From: Camelus ferus
Taxonomy: Eukaryota
Assembly (NCBI RefSeq): GCF_009834535.1
Contig: NC_045724.1
Location: 16,306,001 to 16,370,000 of the forward strand
DNA length: 64,000 nt
Direction: 5' to 3'
Position numbers and translations under genes: made by a program. Position 1 is the first letter of the stretch. Each line of letters begins with the position of its first letter. A model generated the notes under the pieces. The model made no database searches, was not told the origin of the DNA, and was given only the letters and a program-made list of their open reading frames with translations. Positions 1 through 10,500 of the stretch are shown one piece after another.

Positions 1-66
1 CTCCTCTTCACTTCAGCCCAGAGGCTTCTAAAGAATATAGAGGGAACCACGTCCCTGTCCCTTTAG

Positions 67-698
67 TTGCTGATTGTGGATGGGCAAGAGCTGCGTACCA
101 ACCCAGCTGCCTCAATGGAGAACATCCAGAAGTTCCTGGGTATCACACCCTTTCTGAACTACACACGGACCCTCAGGTGGGAGAGCATGACCCAGGGAGG
201 ATGACTCTGGGGGAAGTGGGGAAGCAGGTTGACCATGCCTGTTTGGAAGAGACATGGATTTACCCAGTCTCGCAAGGAGAGACATATGTCCCTGTGGGCT
301 GGGAGAGGTAGTGTACATTTATGCGGCTTAGATTTCTTTTCTCTGCCACCTAATGGCCTCTTCTTGTTGAGCAGGTTTGATGAAGATAAGGGATTCTGGT
401 GCCAGGGACTTGAAGGTGGCAAGACTCGCTGTTTGGGCAAGAGCAAAGGCCGGAGGTACCCAGATATGGACACTGAGGTTGGTAAAGCCAGGGGCAGGGT
501 ATCCCTCGCCACCTCTAAGATCTGATTGTGTTCCACTCCTTACCACTTCCGACTTAATTTTTCTCCTGTTAGTCCCGCCTTTTCCTTACGGATATTTTCC
601 GGAACCACAATTTGGAGCTGTCGAAGCTGCTGAGCCGGCTTGGCCAGCCAGTGCCCTCATGGCTTCGGGAAGAACTGCAGCATTCCAGTCTGGGCTGA
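67..698 (+). CDS. NDST2: Heparan sulfate N-deacetylase/N-sulfotransferase 2; last three coding exons only (gene enters from the left edge)
   Basis: Exons 67-176, 375-477 and 573-698 have AG/GT boundaries and compatible phases. They translate to [112 protein letters not shown]-stop (TGA 696-698), the NDST2 sulfotransferase C-terminus. Confidence 0.97.
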
Positions 699-869
699 TG
701 TACCAGCCTCACGTACCAGCAAAAGCCCCGTTTCCCTAAGGGGTAGCCCAGAGTAGGGCCCACAAGGGGGACTAGAGTGGCCTGGCCCCTCCTCCTTCTA
801 CCTCAGTGGCCTCCAGGCCTGGGATGGCTGAGAAGGAAAGGGCATCCCTGTCCCATGGCTCTGGGGTCT

Positions 870-1360
870 AATAAAGGGGCTTCTCTAGATACCCCACAAC
901 ATGGTACAAGGCACCATTAGCCCATGGTCTGGGAAGGTTGGGGGAATGAGAGGGCCCAGGCAGGGTGTAGGGGAATGTATTAATCCAGTGATGTCCCTCT
1001 TGGTCCCCAGCAGTATATCTATACTGGCTATGGGAGGGACCCCTTACTGTGGGAGCAGTGGGATCTACCTGTGGCCCGGCCTCCCTAATGTCATTCACAT
1101 TGAATGGGGACGAGGCCGGACAGTGGCTCATAGAGCTGAGTACGAGCCCTAGCCATGGGCTAGAAATTACCTTAATAAACATCCTTATTTTTCTGTTTTG
1201 TCTGCCTCACTGGAGTGGGAGAAACCTAGAACAGAGCAAGTATCAGACTTTTCCCTGCCCCAGTTCAAGGTTCATCCACACATGGAGCGAAAGAAGGGAA
1301 AAGGCCCAGGCAGACTGTAGAGTAAAAAAGGAGTTTATATATTTATAAATGCCAAATAAA
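870..1360 (+). terminator. NDST2: Candidate NDST2 polyadenylation signals (AATAAA at 870-875, 1174-1179, 1355-1360)
   Basis: Three canonical hexamers on the + strand downstream of the NDST2 stop. Which is used cannot be determined from sequence. Confidence 0.55.
1334..1347 (-). terminator. ZSWIM8: Candidate ZSWIM8 polyadenylation signal (two variant TATAAA hexamers)
   Basis: No minus-strand AATAAA/ATTAAA between 1200 and the stop at 1592. Minus-strand TATAAA at 1334-1339 and 1342-1347, followed by a U-rich tract (CTCCTTTTTTACTCT). Confidence 0.5.
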
Positions 1361-1591
1361 TACCAGAGGCCACCCAACGCCCCCTCCCAGACAGGGCTGT
1401 CTCCCCCAACCCTAGGCTTCTAGGGTCTGAGACATCTTGGCCCCAAGCTACAGCCCAAGAGCAGCTGCCAGTCTGGGCTACCAGGGAACTGAGTGGGGAT
1501 GATCCGTCCAGCCAAGATTCATTCCCCCTTTGTGAGGGGCCCCCATAGCCACAGGCCTGTGTCCCTATATAGGGCCCTAGGGGGGCCAGAC

Positions 1592-4500
1592 TCAGGGGGA
1601 GAAGGTGGTCATCTCGAGTGAGACCCGCTGCCACAGCTCCTTGGTCTGTTTGCTGCGCTTGAGGTTCTGCAGGATGTCGTTGAACTGCATCATGCCCATG
1701 GGGGTCAGGCAGAAGGCGCTGCGAGCACTCCGGATCGCATTCACAAAGTCGTCGTAGTCGGCGGGGGTCAGGTGAATCAAGCGGTGGTGGATGTACTGGA
1801 AGATGTGTGGAGGATAAGCCACTGAGCAGAGCCAGACCTCTCCGCCCTTGCAGACTGAGTGATCTCTTCCATGCCTGCCCAGGAGGGGTTCCACCCTGCA
1901 CCATCCTTCTGGGTTGTCACCTGCATGTATGCCTGCTGGCAGCGCTGCACCAGTTGGTGGAAGGCCGGGGCCCGCAGGTGGTTGTGNNNNNNNNNNNNNN
2001 NNNNNNNNNNNNNNNNNNNNNNNNNNNNNNNNNNNNNNNNNNNNNNNNNNNNNNNNNNNNNNNNNNNNNNNNNNNNNNNNNNNNNNNNNNNNNNNNNNNN
2101 NNNNNNNNNNNNNNNNNNNNNNNNNNNNNNNNNNNNNNNNNNNNNNNNNNNNNNNNNNNNNNNNNNNNNNNNNNCTGGTCTGGGAGAGAGCCTCCCTCCG
2201 CCCCAGGAGCTGAGGTAACCCCCCGCCCCCCGCGCACGCACACATACCCGACCAAGGCCTCAACTCTGAGCAAGAGCTAGGAAGGAGGTCTGGGATAGGA
2301 AGGTTGGGGAAGCAGGTGGGGGCGGACANNNNNNNNNNNNNNNNNNNNNNNNNNNNNNNNNNNNNNNNNNNNNNNNNNNNNNNNNNNNNNNNNNNNNNNN
2401 NNNNNNNNNNNNNNNNNNNNNNNNNNNNNNNNNNNNNNNNNNNNNNNNNNNNNNNNNNNNNNNNNNNNNNNNNNNNNNNNNNNNNNNNNNNNCACGTGAT
2501 GAGGGTGTATCCTTGTCACCCTCTACCTCCACCTGGGAATGCTCCCACAGTAAACAAGCTGAGAGCTCCGGGGAGGAGGGGTCACTGAAGAGCCTCTGGT
2601 CTGCAAGTGTGGGGCACAGAAAGGGACCTCTTCTCACCAACACGGTAGGCCGCATGCAGGTGGTGGAGGCTGTGCGGGTTGACAGGCTGACTGTGCGCCT
2701 CCTCCTCAGGTGGTGGAAAACCCCCGCTCACCAGAGGGCTGGGCTGTGTGGTCAGGGCAGGCAGCGAGGCACCCTGGATGGCTGGAAACGTGGAAGCTGG
2801 ATGGACACTGCTCACTGAGGGTGGGATGAAAGCCATGTGAGGAACTCAGAGCCCGAAGAGGGACAAAGAGGAACCCCTCCACACCTCCCCTGCCGAGTGT
2901 ACCTCCCCTCCATTCACCNNNNNNNNNNNNNNNNNNNNNNNNNNNNNNNNNNNNNNNNNNNNNNNNNNNNNNNNNNNNNNNNNNNNNNNNNNNNNNNNNN
3001 NNNNNNNNNNNNNNNNNNNNNNNNNNNNNNNNNNNNNNNNNNNNNNNNNNNNNNNNNNCCGAGTAAGGGTACTGAGCCCCTAGGAATGCAGGATGCACAC
3101 CCTACAGGGAGGGAGAGGAAGAAAAGGAAGATACCAAAGTACATTAGGATGTAGTTTTTTCCCCTTCGTCCCACAACTGGGTATGCCTGCATTTCTTAGT
3201 CGGGCTGGGTCCTCCCTGACTCCTGCCACCCCACCAGGACTCCTCGACAGCCCTAATATTCTCCCAGAGCACCCCACTCCAACCCTCCATGAACTCCCCA
3301 TGTTCTCCCACATGCCCATCCCCCCAGCAGAACATTGGTCTCACCTGTGGGTACGCAGAGCTGGGCACAGGGAAGACGGCAGGCCGGGGCATGTGAGGCA
3401 TGGGGTGGGCGGGGTGAGCTGGGTGGGTGAGGTATTGAGGGCTGCAGGGCAGGTGGGGCTGTAGAGCAGTGTAGGGGTGCAGGCCAGGGGAATGACCATG
3501 CCCCAGTCCTGGACCCGGATATAAACTGGACCCCACCGAGATGACTGGCACCACTGTGGCTGCTGTCACTGCTGCTGCTGCCACAGTAACCGGCTCAGTC
3601 CCTGGGCCCCCCCTGCCCTCAGGCAGCCCCCGCCCAGCCTCCCCAGCTGCCTTGATCCCACTGGCATTACAGCTTGTAGCCCCTTCACGGGCTGTGGATG
3701 AGCCACCTGCTGTTTGCTCATATAGCCAGAACCACTGGTGAGCAACCTCAAACAACACTTCGGGGTATACGCCCCCACCCTTAGCCGCCTCTTCCACTGC
3801 CATGCAGGCCTTCTCCAACATCAGGTTATCCTGGAAGGGAGGAGCAAAGAGGTTATAAGGGGGAAGAGCTTTACTTAGGGACAGTTTTAGATGACGTTCC
3901 AAAGTCTCCCTGGGTTGGCTGGTTCCCAGGGAGGCATCCGAGGTTAGGGCCAATGCTTAGAGTCAGTGTCAGAGCAGTGAATGCTCCACACAGGCACTGA
4001 GCAAATACTTGCTGACCAGTAATAGTCAAGACTCGGCTATAGTCCCAGTTCCAAATTAATTTAGCTACTCCCTCCCCACTAGGTCCCATCATCTCCCTGA
4101 GACCTTCCCTAAGTACTCCATCCTGGTGATCTTGGTTCCTTAACTACAAGCCACATTCTTTAACTGTAAAATAGGAATAATCCTATCTTCAGAGTTGTAA
4201 GGTGCAGGAAGTAATGGCTGTGAAAGCACGTTGTTATGTCCAGTGTCACCATGAGAGGACTAACTGGATAGCTGGTGAACTCCAGGATGTGGGAGTCAAG
4301 AGCTGGGCCAGCAGCTTTCCCCATGCCCAACCTCCCTGCCCAGATGTCCCCAAATGGCCTGTAGAAATACCTGCTCCTTGCACTGCACCAGGGCCCGCTG
4401 GATCTCATTGGGGTTCAACGCATGGGCATGAGGCAGACAGCTTAGGGCTAGCTCCGCTGCTGCCCTCACCATATTGGAGTCTCGTGCCCGTGATGCCCTG

Positions 4501-7500
4501 TCAGCCAGGGATGCAACCTCAGGGGGCGTCAGGTGCCCATCCCAGCATTCTACCAGTATAGTTAGGGCTGCACTGCCAATCTCCATTGCCTGGCCTTCAG
4601 GGGAAGGAGAGAAAAGCAGAATGGGGTTAGCACAGGCACCACTGGGGAACGGGAATGGTGTCTTTCCTATCAGATCAGTAACCCCATCAGGATGAGGCTC
4701 TATCTCCATCAATTAATCTTCCCATACCCAANNNNNNNNNNNNNNNNNNNNNNNNNNNNNNNNNNNNNNNNNNNNNNNNNNNNNNNNNNNNNNNNNNNNN
4801 NNNNNNNNNNNNNNNNNNNNNNNNNNNNNNNNNNNNNNNNNNNNNNNNNNNNNNNNNNNNNNNNNNNNNNNNNNNNNNNNNNNNNNNNNNNNNNNNNNNN
4901 NNNNNNNNNNNNNNNNNNNNNNNNNNNNNNNNNNNNNNNNNNNNNNNNNNNNNNNNNNNNNNNNNNNNNNNNNNNNNNNNNNNNNNNNNNNNNNNNNNNG
5001 TACATGGGGGGCATGACTCTCAGGACGGCGGCCCTTGTACCTGAAGGGGCAATGCGGTAGGGACGGGGATTGGGGTTTCTCTGAAATGGGTGTCCAGGTA
5101 GGTTGGAAGAGACCGGGTAAGTGAGGATGTGGGGGCGGCATGGGGGGAGCAAAAGTTGGATTACACTAGGGATGTGGGGATGTGGCTCTGAGGGTGGGCC
5201 AGATCAAAAGAGAGGGGTATTTCTTCCCACTGACCTGCCAACCGTCAACTGTCTTCGCCCGGGCCCCTCCACTGGCACTGGCCCGGCGACTTCCACTGGA
5301 TGACGAGGAGCCAAGGGAGTCCGAGGAAGAGCTGCTGATGCTGTCACTGTCCTGTCCTCGACCCCAGGAGGTAGGGGCCCAGCCCCCTCGAAGTGGCCTC
5401 CTGCTTAAGGTTGGGGAGCTATCCGATGTTGTTTCAGGGGCACTGCTGTCAATGCTGGCCATGCCTAACCCCACAAGACAAGTCAGTCTCAGAAGTCAGA
5501 AGTTCCAGAAGTCAGACTCCAACCTACAGAGATCTCCTTCCCTCCATGTCATCCCATGGGTTGTCATACCTGTGTGCTTCTTCTTAGGCCGCCCTGGTGA
5601 GCCCCAGCCCCGTCCATTGTAGCCTCCACGACTGCCAAGTGCCAGGCGGCTGGGAACCTTCCCCTCTGGCCTTGGGGTCAAAGCTGCCTCAGATGGGAGA
5701 CCCTCACAGGGGGAATGTGGGGAACTCTCTATTTAGGGAAAATAGGACACTGGGATGAGCCCGGGAAAGGGGACCCCAACATGNNNNNNNNNNNNNNNNN
5801 NNNNNNNNNNNNNNNNNNNNNNNNNNNNNNNNNNNNNNNNNNNNNNNNNNNNNNNNNNNNNNNNNNNNNNNNNNNNNNNNNNNNNNNNNNNNNNNNNNNN
5901 NNNNNNNNNNNNNNNNNNNNNNNNNNNNNNNNNNNNNNNNNNNNNNNNNNNNNNNNNNNNNNNNNNNNNNNNNNNNNNNNNNNNNNNNNNNNNNNAGATG
6001 AGTAGAACGAACTCAGTGTCTGTGGTTTATGTGTCTGGCTCTCTCGGTCCAAGAGTTTGTCTAAGATCTGGAAGACAGAGAGGCAGTGACAGGATGCCCT
6101 TAGTCTCCTGACTTCTGTTACTTTCCTTTCTCCTTCAAGCAGCTTAATACTTCCTCCTCAGGAAGGCTTCCCCAGTTCTAACCACAGGAGAACCTCCTGG
6201 AAGATAGGGGCTGGCTTACATATCTTGGTATCCTCTGTAACACTTACCACAGGACTTGAGTACATTGATATTCAATAAATATTGAAATGAATGAATGAGT
6301 GAGTGACTTTATGCCCTCTGCTTCTCTTCTTCCACCCCCTGCCCAAGCACTCCTGTAAAGAACCATTGGTCTCTGGTGCTCTTTATGAGCTGTTCCCAAG
6401 ATTCCCTAGTTATCTCCTACTCCTACAGGTAGAAGAGCCCTCTTCTCATCATACTGGAAACCCTGAGAAAGGTGGTGAAATTTGCTCTCTTTGCCTGTCA
6501 AAATCCCAGTACCTCAATCCCTTACCTTTTTGAGTTTGGCCTGGTCATCCTTGTAAGTGATCATCAGTGCCAATGCCAGGTCACCCTTCTCCCGACGTGT
6601 GCCTTCACACAGCAGGGGATGCTCCGCCTCACTAACTGTTGTCTTCATGCCTGTGAGAAAGAGGGGTTCAGCGGGTTGAGAATAGCCATAACTCCCAAGA
6701 CAGCAAAGGTAAACAGGCCAGGGCTCCCCAGCCACTAGAATGTGAGGTAAGGAGTTCTCCGGGTCCAACCCACATTCCCTACGGAAGGGCCTCATTGCCC
6801 AGCACATCCAGCCTATGCTCTGGTCTGCTTTTTAAGACCTTCATAATTTGGCTCACTCTACTGTCCCAGCATATCCATCACTTCAGAGAGGTTGGGCTCC
6901 TCACTTTCATGAAGATTTGACTGCCCCTGTGTTCTGTCCCCCTACCTAGACCTTAACTGATCTTTTAACCCACATTCCCAACTGTATCCCTTTCCTAAGG
7001 CCCCCTGAGAGTTCTGTTTTGCTGTCCTTATAGCACCCAGCACCCACAGCACACGTTTTTGCCCTGAATTCTTAACTGTCCTGGAGGCATGACTTGGCAC
7101 TAACATGTCATCCTGGCCTTCCCCTTACTATAGAGCCTCTTCAGAACAGGCACCATGTCTCATGCCCTTCAAGGCCTGGGCCAGGCTTAGCTCACAGATG
7201 TGCTCAAGACACTGACAGACTCACCCAAGGCAGCAACTGCTGCTTCAAATCCCAGCTCTTCATCCCCAGGCATCTCGTTGTTCCAGTTACGACTTGGAGG
7301 TCGGGAACCCGTGGGAGAAACCACTGGATAAAAGTTGAGGTAAGTTAGGCAGAGAGAAGCAGCATGGAAAAGAATGAAAGGGAAGGAACCCAAGATGCTC
7401 ATCATTCCAGATCTTTCCATGAAACTGCCTGATGGGAAAGGCAGTTCCCCTTAAAGGCAGTTCTAAGCCTTGAGGCTCTTGGTTTCTCCTTTGAGAAAGC

Positions 7501-10500
7501 TACCCCTGCCCCAGATCCCCACCTGCTGTAGAGTCAGGCATCCTACCTGGAGTACAGAGAACATCAAAGATGAAACTGGCCAACATGAGAGGCAAAACAG
7601 GCCGATAGTCACAGAGTGTCCCCTCCCGAAGCTCCTCTGCCCGGCACCGCATGGTACTCATCTCACTTGGACCCAGAGGAATCTTCTTGAGCAGGGTGGC
7701 CACCTCAGACTCCTGGTATGCCAGTTTCACCTGAGGGCACAGGGAGGGGCTCAGACCTCTAATACATCGACAGAGATTAAGGTGAGAGGCTCTGAGGAAA
7801 CTGCAGTACGAGGTCTAGATAGCACCTCTGACCTCCAAGGCCTTGGTAGAAGCTGGGGGCCGCTGTAGCTCCAAGGCAAACATGCCCACTCGGAAGGCCA
7901 AGTTATGGTGCTCTGGGCGCTCACTTAGCACTGTTAACAGGAAGGCCGCCTTTGTCAGGGTGTTGGTAGCCACCCACGTCTGACGGCTTGTAGACACCTT
8001 GTTCTTCTTGCCCTAAAGAGGGAAACACAAGGAGGCAGGCAGATGAGTCTGACTCACCTTGGCAGGGGGAGGAGACTCTCACCTGGGGTGGGGCATGGGA
8101 GAGGAAGAGGGGTAAGTGAAGAGGAAGGGGGAAGGGGTCTCTCTCACCTTGGCAGGGGGCGGCTCTACCTTGAGGTCAGGTGGGTTGGCTAGCAGGTCTT
8201 GGGCAAGCTCTACAGTGAGGCGAGAGGCCTCATTGCTGTAGCCATGAGCATGCAAGGCCTCAGCACAGGCAAATAATACCTGAAAAGAGGACACAGGCAC
8301 CAGACATGTTGAGGCCCCAATGCTTCCAAGAAGCAGAACACCATACTCACTCATGCAGCAAACATCCCATGAGCACGTGCTATATGGTGGGCCCTATTCT
8401 AGTCCTGGGTACATCATAGGGACTCACAGTCTGGTTAGAGAAATAGAAATAGACACATAAACACACAGACCAGTGTGAAGCTGGCTACTACTGGGAAAGG
8501 TCCAGAATGGAGTAGATGGGTAGGACACCTCGCTGGAACTTGGGGCAACGAGGCAGTCTCAGGAAGACTTTCTACAGACAGTGATCTCTAAGATCTCTGA
8601 GATCTGAAGGAGGAACAGGAGCTAACCAGGTAAGATGAGGGAAGAACATTCCCAACAATCCATGCAAAAGTAAGAGAGAGCACGACACGCTACGGGAAAT
8701 GCTCAGCAGAGAGTAGTGTAAGGGGCACGGTGGCTAGACAAGGCTGGAGAAGCAGGCAAAGATCAGAACAAGTGAAGCCTCATAGGTGAGGCCAAGGACC
8801 TTCACTTTTATCCTAAGGGCAATGAAAACCACTGAAGAGTTTCAGCAGCGGAATGGCACCATCACACCTTCCAGGGAAATCAATTTGGAGGCAGTGAAGG
8901 GAACAGACTGCAGGCAGTGAGGCCCGTTAGGAGTCTGCTACAGGATTCTAACAGTCACGCAATGGTCCTGTCACTCCTAACTCAAGGCAGATGGCCCCTC
9001 TCCCAGCTATGGCTATGGAGCACCCTCAGAGTCTCCCCCAAGTCCCCTCACCTCCATGCGGCTCTCCTGTTCCAGTGGCTTCAGCCCGGCAAACAGGTCG
9101 TGCTCCTCCCCAGCCCCGCCCTCAGCCTTCTCTTCCTCGCCCCCAGCCCCGTCCTGGGCATTCAGATAATATGCCTGGTAGTCATCATCCTCCTCTCCAA
9201 CTGCAGGGGCTGCCTCTTTGGTTTTAGGGAGCCCATTGCCACTCTCATCTGTGGAAGGGAGGTCATCCTGGGTACAGATCTCCCTGGGCAGTAGGCCAGG
9301 GGGGCCCACAGAGGCTGTGGGAGGCTCAGGCCCTTCTGAGAAGTACACGCCACCATCTTCTTCAAAAGTATCTGGAGGTTCAGGAAGGAAGGTAGAAGGG
9401 CCTCGGGAGCCACCAGGGTGAGGGCAGGGTGGTGGACTCTCAGGGAATCCACCGAAGGTGCTGGCCTCTGCGCCCAGGGCAAGGCTGCTGTCATCCAGGC
9501 TCATCTCAGCCAGATCTGGCTCCAAGGAGCTGTCCTCACTGCTCAGCCGTCGCTTGTTCCCACTGCCTGCTGAGCCCTTGCCCCCATTGCCAGCCCCACC
9601 CAATACTTTGGCTTTGCCCCCACCTGGACCCATCTTATGCAGAGCTTTTTCTCCCCCCTCAGCCGAGAGGCGGCGGGGACCCCTCTGTGATGAGGGGACC
9701 CCCTCACCCAATCCCTTGCGCTTGGCCCCAGGCTCCTTGGGCCGCACAGCTGGCTCGGCAGGGAGAGGGCGGGGCCGCTCCCGGGATTCCTCCAGGCCCC
9801 CAGATCGGGAGGCACCTGGCCGAGGGGGCAGGGCTCGGGCCCAGCACAGGGCCAGCTTCCGGTCAGTGGCACTGTAGGTAACACCGGGAAGTGGGTAGGC
9901 CTCTTCCCAGTTGAAGTAGCAGGCTTCCACTGCTGGCCGGAAGCCAGGGAAGAGGCGCTCCAGAATCTTCTTGTGCTGTCCCCACTTCACGTTCTCAATC
10001 ACCTTCAGCTGCCACTGGCGCAGCTGCACACACAGCTCCCGGCGGCTGTGGGAACAAAGCAGGGGGCAGGTCGCTGGGGGGCTCTGCTCTACACCAAGGA
10101 GGGAGGGGAGGGCAAGGCATGCCCCAAAGAGGGGCACAGGGAAGGAGACAGGGAAGCACACCTTGAGTTGGCCTCACAGACATCACCCTAATACTCAGGG
10201 ATCTTGGAAAGTAGGTGCTATTCAGGGGAGGGAAGGAGAAACCCTCCCAGGAAAAAGACACATAAATCACCAGTAACCCTACCACTCAGCACCTCCCATT
10301 TCCCTAGGAAAAGAAAAAGGGTATGTCTCTATGTGCACATGGAGATGGGGGCTCGTGCTGTGGTGAGACTAGAGGGAGACTCACCGCTGGGGGCTGAGTG
10401 CAGGGTCCAGCACAGCCAGCCTCCACAGAGTGACCATCTCGTCACACATGCTGGCACACGCGTGGGCCGCCACCTCTGACTGCCCGTTGCTACGGCCCGT

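Noticed and set aside
591-599. NDST2 TDIF versus recalled human TDFF
   Set aside because: A single conservative hydrophobic change near the C-terminus, dependent on a recalled reference.
4594-4597. AAG rather than YAG acceptor at ZSWIM8 exon 20
   Set aside because: AAG acceptors are uncommon but normal; it gives the correct phase and has a pyrimidine tract.
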